DNA of 34,318 nucleotides, taken from the IMG/VR virus record IMGVR_UViG_3300015203_000021, positions 1-34,318 of that record, one strand, 5' to 3'. The position numbers and the translations under genes were made by a program. This stretch comes from a virus. Taxonomy: Duplodnaviria > Caudoviricetes. This document shows positions 1 through 7,458 of this stretch, piece after piece. A model generated the notes under the pieces. That model saw only the letters and a list, made by a program, of their open reading frames with translations, was not told the DNA's origin and ran no database searches. Every line of letters begins with the position of its first letter. Position 1 is the first letter of the stretch.

Positions 1-483
1 GCCGTTGTTAAAGCCCGCGCCACCGCCGCCATTACCACCGACTTGGATGCCACCCGTGGTTGCTTCATCTGGGAAATCTCCGCCTGCGCCACCGGGGGTT
101 GATACTACGGTATAAGAAAGTGCATGCCCATCGGGAGTTTTCGCCGTGTAAGTTCCATCGGGCCCCGTACTCTGAATAATAATACTGGAAGTCGCATCAA
201 CGGTGAAGTTCCCCGAAACTCCAATAATTGCCCATCCGTTGCCCGTAATATATAGCGTGCTGTGATCGGTAATGGTAAAGGACGAATAATCTTTAATTGA
301 TCCAGCGGCTAATACGGCAGATGAAAAACCATTTAGAACAAAAGAACCGTTATGACCATTTGGAAATGGGGGCGGTTGAAAAAAGGAAATCGGGAATTGC
401 CAGGCTTGCGCGTATTGCGCAATAGGTGCCTGAACAACACCGGCTAATAAAAGCGATAACCCTAATTTCTTTAAAAACTTCAT
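1..483 (-). CDS. Gly-rich fibre/adhesin-like protein with predicted Sec signal peptide (partial, runs off window start; not in ORF track)
   Basis: Manual translation from ATG at 483: MKFLKKLGLSLLLAGVVQAPIAQYAQA|WQFPISFFQPPPFPNGHNGSFVLNG...PGGAGGDFPDEATTGGIQVGGNGGGGAGFNNG, open to base 1. TAATG overlap with the stop of the upstream gene. Confidence 0.75.
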   Translation of the reverse strand, partial: MKFLKKLGLSLLLAGVVQAPIAQYAQAWQFPISFFQPPPFPNGHNGSFVLNGFSSAVLAAGSIKDYSSFTITDHSTLYITGNGWAIIGVSGNFTVDATSSIIIQSTGPDGTYTAKTPDGHALSYTVVSTPGGAGGDFPDEATTGGIQVGGNGGGGAGFNNG

Positions 484-1022
484 TATTGGAACGCCTGCGT
501 TGCAGCACACCTAATGTTAGTTGAACCGATTTGCGTGCACGTAATAATATCTACGCCGTTGCTAGTGTGAGTCGGGATTCCGGGACTTGGCCATTTAACG
601 TTTGTTGTCGGAAACGTCCAATTGCCACTGGTAGACGTAATTTCAATGATGATCGTTTGACCGTCAGTCATGTTTGACCAAGTGAACGTGGTGTTCGTCG
701 ATCCAATCGATTTACTGAATACGTTGCCCGTGGACCAGTCGATAGCCGAAGCTGAGATAACTTGAGTGGGTTTAAGCGCAAGGGCTAAAGTGCCCGTTGT
801 GGTAACGGGACTTCCGCTAACCGAGTAACCTACTGGCGGGGTAAGCGATACGCTCGATACCGTACCTGAGCCTCCGCCAGTAGAAAAACACGTAACCCCA
901 TCCAAAAGGCATAGAGAATTTTGAAGAAGCGTGGCATGACCAGGCCCCCAAATAATCGGAGGAGCGGCTAACGCTGAATTAACTAAGAACAGCGCAACAA
1001 GTGCGCCGTAAATCTTTTGCAT
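483..1022 (-). CDS. Short tail-fibre-like protein with predicted Sec signal peptide
   Basis: MQKIYGALVALFLVNSALA|APP; RBS AGGAG 5 nt upstream. GTVSSVSL..GSPVTTTGTL resembles a segment of the 792-aa fibre. C-terminal IDWSTGNVF...VKWP...GVDIIT beta domain of a kind seen in phage fibres. Confidence 0.7.
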   Translation of the reverse strand: MQKIYGALVALFLVNSALAAPPIIWGPGHATLLQNSLCLLDGVTCFSTGGGSGTVSSVSLTPPVGYSVSGSPVTTTGTLALALKPTQVISASAIDWSTGNVFSKSIGSTNTTFTWSNMTDGQTIIIEITSTSGNWTFPTTNVKWPSPGIPTHTSNGVDIITCTQIGSTNIRCAATQAFQ

Positions 1023-1030
1023 GGAGGCTC

Positions 1031-1384
1031 CTATCTAAAGAAAAAGTTGATATCGTTTTCGCCGCTAGTAGCTGAAGCGCTCACCGCGCGAATACTAACT
1101 CGGCTGCCGGCTGAAATGGTCAAGGGAAAATCGCCACCACCGGGTGGGATAATAAGCATTTGGACTTCATTGCCCGAAGTACCCAGACCCAGTTGCAACG
1201 TTTGGCCGCTTGAATCAAATACGGTGATCCTACCTACGGGATTGGTAAGTGAGTGAATAACCTCAACCCAACTAGCCGTTGTGACCGGGGTGCTAGCATA
1301 AACAATTCGATTCGAAATACCCGAATCAAGTGCAAAAGCTAACGAGGCGAAGGCCGTAAATAGGGCAATAATAAAATATCTCAT
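1031..1384 (-). CDS. Small beta-rich protein with predicted Sec signal peptide (possible virion decoration)
   Basis: MRYFIIALFTAFASLAFA|LDS; ATGA overlap with the stop of the upstream SEC-C ORF; beta-strand-like composition. Confidence 0.7.
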   Translation of the reverse strand: MRYFIIALFTAFASLAFALDSGISNRIVYASTPVTTASWVEVIHSLTNPVGRITVFDSSGQTLQLGLGTSGNEVQMLIIPPGGGDFPLTISAGSRVSIRAVSASATSGENDINFFFR

Positions 1385-1545
1385 GAGTTTTTAAGTCCTT
1401 TCAGTCCTTCGTAAACTTCAGTTGTGATGATGCGGGGCATTTTATCTAGACAACACTTTTTGTACTTTTTTCCGCTCTTGCATGGACACGGATTGTTTCT
1501 CGGATAATTCGTCAGCGGATTCCACTGATACCCCGGCTTGGGCAT
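1381..1545 (-). CDS. SEC-C (SecA C-terminal-type) zinc-binding mini-protein, 54 aa
   Basis: MPKPGYQWNPLTNYPRNNPCPCKSGKKYKKCCLDK... matches RNxPCPCxSGKKYKxCC. ATG at 1545 is preferred over the ORF-track start at 1869. Overlaps the 3' end of the Fis-like ORF. Confidence 0.75.
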   Translation of the reverse strand: MPKPGYQWNPLTNYPRNNPCPCKSGKKYKKCCLDKMPRIITTEVYEGLKGLKNS

Positions 1546-1921
1546 CCGGTCGCTTGAAGGGGCTGGGAGGGTTGCAATCCAAGAGCCCTTTGGGGGCAAG
1601 GGGGTTAACGTATTCAACTTTTTGTGCACCGGAGATGGTTCCGCTAGCTTTCTTTCCGGTGAAAGGGCTAACGGTATTTGCTCCGTCGACTCCGCAAGGT
1701 TTGAGGAGGTTTTTAACGTCGGCTTGAGTGACGGGAGGCTTTGGTTTTGGCTTGTTGGCTCGGTCACTTGCATATTGCTCCAGTTTACTATCCAAAGTCC
1801 TAATTGCAATCCCAAGACCTTCAGCGGCATGGGTTTTGTTTTGGCGGTAAAACACCATCGCGTTTTCAATAACTTGTTGTTCCATTTTTTCGAGCGTAAC
1901 GCCCGGCTGCCAAGTAACCAT
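1442..1921 (-). CDS. Fis/NtrC-type helix-turn-helix (HTH_8) protein with disordered C-terminus
   Basis: TLEKMEQQVIENAMVFYRQNKTHAAEGLGIAIRTLDSKLEQY matches the Fis-family HTH pattern; no AAA+ or receiver domain. Confidence 0.8.
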   Translation of the reverse strand: MVTWQPGVTLEKMEQQVIENAMVFYRQNKTHAAEGLGIAIRTLDSKLEQYASDRANKPKPKPPVTQADVKNLLKPCGVDGANTVSPFTGKKASGTISGAQKVEYVNPLAPKGLLDCNPPSPFKRPDAQAGVSVESADELSEKQSVSMQERKKVQKVLSR

Positions 1922-1922
1922 A

Positions 1923-2345
1923 TTAATTAACCCTTTCTGTTAGCGCTCTTTCGAGCGGCCATTTCATGTAATCGATTCGCGCTTTCAAAGTGCGAATGCT
2001 CATTCCTAATTCATTAGCCCAATGGGACATGGCGAGTGTCCGGCCATCGTACGTAATCCAACGTGTGGATTTTCGATTCAGTGAATTTTCAGACGGCGTA
2101 ACCCAACGGCAATTGCCGGGTTCGTAATCACCCAAAGAATCTATCCGGTCAATTTGATGAGTCTCAGTGGGCGCCAACCCCATGTCGCAAAAGAAATTTC
2201 TAAAATCTCGCCAACGCTCACAGACCGCTATACCCTTATCGGCATAGTCTTTCTGGCATGGCTGTTTGTATGAACTATGGCAGCGTTTAATCATAGACTG
2301 CCAGCACCGATACGTGCGGGTTTCAGTCATTCCATGATTTCTCAA
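1923..2345 (-). CDS. HNH-like free-standing (homing-type) endonuclease
   Basis: HGMTETRTYRCWQSMIKRC...GIAVCERW..F.NF..DMG...IDRIDSLGDYEPGNCRWVT..ENS.NR is a common phage HNH-like family. Start placed at the TTG overlapping the portal stop (ORF track gives 2390). Confidence 0.75.
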   Translation of the reverse strand: MRNHGMTETRTYRCWQSMIKRCHSSYKQPCQKDYADKGIAVCERWRDFRNFFCDMGLAPTETHQIDRIDSLGDYEPGNCRWVTPSENSLNRKSTRWITYDGRTLAMSHWANELGMSIRTLKARIDYMKWPLERALTERVN

Positions 2346-4048
2346 AAAACACCGCCGTTTCTGCGATAGTACCAGGCACGAAATTTCCAATTAAGTTTTC
2401 CATACGCCTTTTGTGACGCTTCAGTGGCTTTTGCCCATAAAGCAACATCAAGCTGACGCGGATTGCTCATGGTGTACTCTTTTCCGTCACCATAAAGATC
2501 ATCGCCGCCTTCGGCTTCGTAACTTGCTTTATCAAATTCGAGTGAATTTTTTACCTCGGGGGCAGTTTTTGCAACCTTAGATGGAACGGGTACTTTCGAA
2601 GGCGCGGTCTCTGAATCAGTGCCCGCTTGCTCGTTGTCTTCTTTATCCGCGCCTGGTTGACCGGAATCATTCATGGGCTCAGATTCAATAACGTCAATTG
2701 ATGTATCAAGCTGAACCGGCAACAAATCATCACGGTTGCAGGCTTCTTTATATTCCTTTGAAGTCATCATGCCGGCTTGATAGTTTTGAAGCAAGCGCGC
2801 AAATTTGGCCGTCTTTACGTTCTCTTCTTGTTCGGCCGATAAAATTCGAAGTGGTTTAAACGAAATTGATAAATCTTCGGGCACTTCACCAAAGAGTTGT
2901 TTGCAGCGAAGCTGAACCATCTTAAGAATGTGAAACTTGAGTTTAGCCCTAACCTGAGACTCAATCATCGAGTTATAAACTTCGATATCGTCTTCGCCTG
3001 AATTAAATCCCGTAGCTGAAATACCAAAGAGTTTGGATAACGGCATACGCATGTCACTTGCCACTTGCATGCGGATTTGCGCCATCGTTTCAGCTAATCC
3101 GGTAAAAGAAAGCTGTTTTTGCATGTAATCGTCTTCGGAATCCATGGTGAGAGCGTTGAGATAGTTTTTCTGACGATTAGCCGTCATTACACGCTCTTGG
3201 AGTTTAGCCCCGGCACCGGGAGTGAGCATGCTCGAGGTGAGATTTTTGATTTTGAAAATGTCGAGCTTAAATTCGTCAAGCACTTCAAAGCTTAAGTTAT
3301 TGGCCTTTAAGTATTGGTTAATCGAATTAACCAACGGCTCAAGTACCGATAAACCCCAACCACGCAAGCGCGGGCGCACAAAGCTCGGCGCAGTTAACCC
3401 CTTGAGCAAAAGGACTCGTGATTTGTGAAGTTTTTTACCGTAATAATTAAAAAACTCGAATTCGTTACCTGCAGTATCAAGCGTGAAGCCTTCGGTATTT
3501 TGTTTATCGTGAAAAAGCTCCCACATGTCGACAGCTTTAAATTCAAGCGGGTCGCCCTCATTAACGTCTTCAACTTTAAACGGCTGCTCTGAATCATTGC
3601 CATCTAAAATGATAATGCCCGCACCACCGAAAAGTCTGTTCCATTTTCCCGATTGGCCCGCGATATTTAGATCATCTTCGCGCTCCATAGTGGTTTGCAG
3701 AAGCTCAATATCATCTTCTTCAAGTAATTTAGTTTTTATATCGATACCGCCGCGTAAGGCGTCATCAACTGGCACATCGACAATCGTTTGAATGAGGCCA
3801 TGCTCGGGATAAACCTGAGAAACGAGCTGTTGCATATTCGAAATAAAGTACCAGCGGTTATTTTTAAAAAGCGTATCGACTTGGTTTAGCTCAGTCCCGA
3901 TGGAGCCGGGGTTAAATCCAAGCAAGCTTTCAGTGAGTCCATTCCTAAGCATATTAGCCGCTTCAGCTTGAATCTCTTTGGGGATAATAGAAACATGAGG
4001 TTTAACAACGTTCTTTATCGGAGTTTTGCTTTTTTTCATTTTTCCCAT
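2342..4048 (-). CDS. Portal protein, DUF1073 family
   Basis: Follows terL; motifs IVDVPVDDALR, RLFGGA, HKSRVL, GWGLSVL, MPLSKLFGISATGFNSGEDD..YN..IES. Confidence 0.88.
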   Translation of the reverse strand: MGKMKKSKTPIKNVVKPHVSIIPKEIQAEAANMLRNGLTESLLGFNPGSIGTELNQVDTLFKNNRWYFISNMQQLVSQVYPEHGLIQTIVDVPVDDALRGGIDIKTKLLEEDDIELLQTTMEREDDLNIAGQSGKWNRLFGGAGIIILDGNDSEQPFKVEDVNEGDPLEFKAVDMWELFHDKQNTEGFTLDTAGNEFEFFNYYGKKLHKSRVLLLKGLTAPSFVRPRLRGWGLSVLEPLVNSINQYLKANNLSFEVLDEFKLDIFKIKNLTSSMLTPGAGAKLQERVMTANRQKNYLNALTMDSEDDYMQKQLSFTGLAETMAQIRMQVASDMRMPLSKLFGISATGFNSGEDDIEVYNSMIESQVRAKLKFHILKMVQLRCKQLFGEVPEDLSISFKPLRILSAEQEENVKTAKFARLLQNYQAGMMTSKEYKEACNRDDLLPVQLDTSIDVIESEPMNDSGQPGADKEDNEQAGTDSETAPSKVPVPSKVAKTAPEVKNSLEFDKASYEAEGGDDLYGDGKEYTMSNPRQLDVALWAKATEASQKAYGKLNWKFRAWYYRRNGGVF

Positions 4049-4056
4049 GTGTCCCT

Positions 4057-5532
4057 TTACATTACGTCAATAATTGAAAGTTGTCGTGAGTACACCATTT
4101 TGAGGCCGTCTATTAGTGTATCAACAAAATCGTCATGCTTCACTTTTGGGAAGCCCAAGCATTGGTTGATGAGTTCTTCTTTATTGCCAATTAACCGATT
4201 AACGTAAACTTTTCGGTTGCCTAGGTTTGGTACCACGTTGTTGGCGCGTTGAGATTTATCAAAACGTCGATCTTTGAAAAACTCCATAAGATCTGACTCA
4301 GAGGGGATCGCCAAATTTTTGGTAGCAAGCTTTTGATTAAGGTAAATACCGTGTCCCTTGGGCTCAATATAAGTGCCACGAAATCCGTAACCCGTATAGC
4401 CCGTTATGAAACGCGTGACGGGTTCTTCTACATCGACAGCTTTAATTTGTTTCATCCACACATCTCGCACGAATAGCGAATCGCCGATCACACCGAAGAT
4501 AGTGAATACCGTGAAATCGTTTTCTTGTTTTTCTTTATAAGAAGTGTCACCAATACAAAACGACCAATCGAAGTCTTGCGGCATATCGCAAACCTCAAAC
4601 ATATAGTCTTTAAAGATCGTTCCGCCATCGGGTACGGGGTTTTGCTGGTAAAGTGAGCCCCATGCACGCGCGCCAATCGTAGCCTTGATTTGGTCTAAAT
4701 GTGCGACATCGTATTTCTCAGGCCATAACGGTTCACCAATTCTTCGCGGGTCTGATTCTGTATCGTTATCCACACGCAGCGCCGGATAATTGATAATCTC
4801 CCACTGCACGGCATGCGGATCTTTCTTTTGCAGCTCAAGTAGCCGTCCGCTCAAATCATCTTCGTGCCAACGCGTTTGCGTAATGAGCACTTGGCCTTTG
4901 CGCCCGGTTTCTAAGTTGGTTTCAAGTCGAGAAAACAAGTCGTTATTGTAAAAGTTCCAGAGTCGTTCGCGAAAAGTCTCTGAATCTGCCACTTCCCGTC
5001 CTTTGATTGGGTCGTCAATGATAATGAAATTAGCCCCTTTACCGGTAAATGAGCCACCAACGCCCTGGCCACGATATTTGCCTCTGCGGCCGACAATATG
5101 GTGCTCCGTCGAATTTCGTGTTCCTTTTGCGTAACTTGTTCCGGGAGGAAAGATTCGGGTATCAGGAAAAATGGCACGGTACTCCTTTGAATCAATGATG
5201 TTTTGCACATCGACTGTCATGTCACCGGCAAGTGAATCGAGGTAGGACACGGCCATAATTTCCGCATCTGGATAAATTCCGTGTAAAAATGCAGGAAAAC
5301 GACGCGAAACAAGCTCACTTTTGCCATGTCTAGGTGGCATAAACACCATTAAGTAACGAATCTCGCCGCGCGCGAACGCATTTAGCTTTTTAGCTAACTC
5401 TCGGTGATGCCAATTGATCGCGTAATCAGGTTTTGTAAAAACAGTGAATGCTAAAACATCCTCGCGCGCTCGATCGAGCAAATGTAGATACAAATCGTGC
5501 TCCATTTGCACGTAATCGATTTCACCCACCAA
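4057..5532 (-). CDS. terL: Terminase large subunit
   Basis: Walker A MPPRHGKSE, Walker B IIIDDPIK, QTRWHEDDL, LYQQNP, nuclease GDTS and FP..KHDDFVD motifs. Confidence 0.95.
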   Translation of the reverse strand: MVGEIDYVQMEHDLYLHLLDRAREDVLAFTVFTKPDYAINWHHRELAKKLNAFARGEIRYLMVFMPPRHGKSELVSRRFPAFLHGIYPDAEIMAVSYLDSLAGDMTVDVQNIIDSKEYRAIFPDTRIFPPGTSYAKGTRNSTEHHIVGRRGKYRGQGVGGSFTGKGANFIIIDDPIKGREVADSETFRERLWNFYNNDLFSRLETNLETGRKGQVLITQTRWHEDDLSGRLLELQKKDPHAVQWEIINYPALRVDNDTESDPRRIGEPLWPEKYDVAHLDQIKATIGARAWGSLYQQNPVPDGGTIFKDYMFEVCDMPQDFDWSFCIGDTSYKEKQENDFTVFTIFGVIGDSLFVRDVWMKQIKAVDVEEPVTRFITGYTGYGFRGTYIEPKGHGIYLNQKLATKNLAIPSESDLMEFFKDRRFDKSQRANNVVPNLGNRKVYVNRLIGNKEELINQCLGFPKVKHDDFVDTLIDGLKMVYSRQLSIIDVM

Positions 5533-5950
5533 GTTTGCTCGCGGCTTTTAAATAAGTTTCAATTCGTTTTTCACGCGATGCACGATCTTCAGGAGATTCG
5601 CCAATAGGTTGATCACCGCTCGTGATGTCAATTCTCGTTGGCATTTTTCCGAGCAACGTCTCCATAACGTCTTTAAGGCGATCCCAATTGCCCGCACGTT
5701 CAGCATCGAGCACTACTTTGAGCAGCAACGATTTAAGCAGTGGAGTTTCGGGATCAGCCTGCACCAACTCCATTTCCATTCGCGTTTTGAAAAGTGCCAT
5801 CTCGATGACTTCTTTCACATACGCATTGGATAATTTCTTAAGCGCTTTTTTAGCGGGATCATGTGAACGACCGCCTTCGGGGTTACGCACTTCACCTTTC
5901 ACCGCAGGAATAAGGTTGGCCTTAGATTTCTCAGATACGACGCGAGCCAC
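5522..5950 (-). CDS. terS: Putative terminase small subunit
   Basis: Directly upstream of and overlapping terL; ANLIP..KGEVRNPEGG N-terminal motif; helical 142 aa. Confidence 0.7.
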   Translation of the reverse strand: MARVVSEKSKANLIPAVKGEVRNPEGGRSHDPAKKALKKLSNAYVKEVIEMALFKTRMEMELVQADPETPLLKSLLLKVVLDAERAGNWDRLKDVMETLLGKMPTRIDITSGDQPIGESPEDRASREKRIETYLKAASKLGG

Positions 5951-6118
5951 CTTATTGGCACCTAATTTTCATATTGATCATAGAAACTTCAGAGTAACAG
6001 GAGTCGGCAGAAAATGCCGGGTTACGCCAAAACATTGGCGCTAATCGAAAGCAATTGTCAAGAGTTAATTTCACCTAAAACCATAATAATCGTATATACT
6101 TAGAGCGATTTTTATCCA

Positions 6119-6147
6119 TTGACACAAATGACACGTCGCAATATACT
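6119..6147 (+). promoter_or_regulatory. Sigma70-type promoter for a predicted leaderless mRNA
   Basis: TTGACA (6119-6124), 17-nt spacer, TATACT (6142-6147), then 6 nt to ATG 6154 with no SD sequence. Confidence 0.75.
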
Positions 6148-6153
6148 AAGAAT

Positions 6154-6351
6154 ATGATTAACACTCGCCAAGAAACTCAACAACTAATCAAAAACGCTCT
6201 CGCATCGATTTACAAGATAAGTCCAAATGACTTAAACCCGATAACCGAGCGACCTTTTTTCATACTCGCAGTTCGTTACTTAGAGCGAATGGTTGAAATT
6301 AAGGTTAATTTTTTCGAGGAGCAGAAAACTCGTCCGGACGAACCAACTTGA
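6154..6351 (+). CDS. Hypothetical protein, 65 aa
   Basis: ORF directly behind a consensus promoter; no recognisable motif. Confidence 0.55.
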   Translation: MINTRQETQQLIKNALASIYKISPNDLNPITERPFFILAVRYLERMVEIKVNFFEEQKTRPDEPT

Positions 6352-6571
6352 ACTTTTTCATCATTTCGGAAAGCGTTGTGCGATTAAGCCCCAAAAGGCT
6401 GGCACTTTTGCTCACGTTCCATTCGGTTTGCCGAAGGGCTTCGAGCACCATGGCGAGTTGGTAAGCTCGCACCTCGGCCCTAATATCTACACCTTGGGTT
6501 GGGATCACGACTTCAAGTATTGCCATAGAGTTCAGGATGCGGGCAAAATCCAATTGTGTCAAATTCCCCAC
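6305..6571 (-). CDS. Stand-alone Fis-family HTH protein
   Basis: MVLEALRQTEWNVSKSASLLGLNRTTLSEMMKKF matches the NtrC/Fis C-terminal HTH pattern. Confidence 0.8.
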   Translation of the reverse strand: MGNLTQLDFARILNSMAILEVVIPTQGVDIRAEVRAYQLAMVLEALRQTEWNVSKSASLLGLNRTTLSEMMKKFKLVRPDEFSAPRKN

Positions 6572-6612
6572 CTTTTTAGGGTGACAGCCTAAAAGCCTCG
6601 TATACTGATTTA

Positions 6613-6795
6613 ATGGCGCTGTGGAAGGCGATAAAGGTTGAGGTCCTAATTCTGGCTGAAGGGGAATTAACCGACGAGGACGTCACCGAGGTCGTTCACG
6701 ACGCCATGATTCACTATTGCTCATTTCGCGAGGTGGTGGTCAAAATCGTTGAGTCCCATCAAAACCTAATTATGAACCCGGACGCTGAAGCTTAA
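6613..6795 (+). CDS. Small acidic hypothetical protein, 60 aa
   Basis: ORF preceded by TATACT-N6-ATG; protein-like composition. Confidence 0.5.
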   Translation: MALWKAIKVEVLILAEGELTDEDVTEVVHDAMIHYCSFREVVVKIVESHQNLIMNPDAEA

Positions 6796-6839
6796 AATTG
6801 GGCTGCACTAGTGTGGACTCTTGCACTGCATTATAAATT

Positions 6840-6867
6840 ATGCAGGAGTAACTAGTTACTCCTGCAT
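6840..6867. repeat. 28-bp perfect palindrome between convergent genes (possible bidirectional terminator)
   Basis: ATGCAGGAGTAACTAGTTACTCCTGCAT, followed by a T run on the + strand. Confidence 0.8.
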
Positions 6868-6877
6868 TTTTAAACCT

Positions 6878-7228
6878 TCACGTAACTTTAGATTCAAGCG
6901 CTTTTCTTTCGAGCCTAGTTTTGCGGTCGTGGCACCGTTTGCATATTGCTTGAAGCTCCGTTGACGGAACAAAAGTTCTATCAAAATAGCCCCCGTCCAA
7001 ATCACCGCAGGGTATGATGTGATCGGCATAAAGTTTGGCCACTGTTTCCATGCATTTTTCGCACACCCCAAAACCGTCGGGACCGGTGGCGCGTGCTATG
7101 CAAATTTTACGTGCTTTTGACCACGACCAAACTTGTCTAATAGCTGACCTTAATTGCTGCTTTTGTTTGGCTGAAATCCCACCATCGGCGGTAGCCGCTT
7201 TTTCGCTTTTTTTTGAGGCTTTTTTCAT
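6878..7228 (-). CDS. HNH endonuclease with Zn-binding CxxC pairs
   Basis: CEKC...YADHIIP...LQAICKRCHDRKT. Start placed at MKKASKK (7228) because the upstream extension reads through the repeat region. Confidence 0.8.
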   Translation of the reverse strand: MKKASKKSEKAATADGGISAKQKQQLRSAIRQVWSWSKARKICIARATGPDGFGVCEKCMETVAKLYADHIIPCGDLDGGYFDRTFVPSTELQAICKRCHDRKTRLERKALESKVT

Positions 7229-7241
7229 AATATTTTTTAGA

Positions 7242-7458
7242 GGGGGTGTCACACCCGTCACACCCCGTTCCACCCCTTTTCCTATATATACTGTTTTTCC
7301 CCCTTTTAGCTATCCTCTATCGGTTTCAAAAACCAAATTATATAGTTCTAGTAAAAGGGGTGTGACAGGGTGTGACGGGTACTTAAATTTTTAGAATTAT
7401 TAACAAAAAAGGTGTCACACCGCTTTCAGGTGTCACACCCCTACCGGTGTGACACCCC
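7242..7458. repeat. Candidate replication origin: seven GTCACACC repeats around AT-rich spacers
   Basis: Forward copies at 7248, 7257, 7414 and 7432; reverse (GGTGTGAC) at 7359, 7369 and 7446. Lies at the 3' end of the primase-helicase gene. Confidence 0.7.

Noticed and set aside
1546-1869. Long N-terminal extension of the SEC-C ORF, or a programmed Fis/SEC-C frameshift fusion
   Set aside because: The extension is shadow sequence of the Fis gene. A fusion would need a +1 shift, and no convincing slippery site was seen.
2342-4048. Anti-CBASS Acb1 activity, sometimes attached to DUF1073 annotations
   Set aside because: No 2H-phosphoesterase HxT/S motif pair is visible in the C-terminal extension; the protein reads as a portal.
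5955-5972. Sigma54-like TTGGCAC-N5-TTTC
   Set aside because: Lacks the -12 GC and points away from terS.
6097-6288. 12-bp direct repeat TACTTAGAGCGA at 6097 and 6277
   Set aside because: Only two copies; compatible with chance in 34 kb.
7242-7458. CRISPR-like array
   Set aside because: Repeats are 8-11 bp, in mixed orientation and irregularly spaced; an origin fits better.
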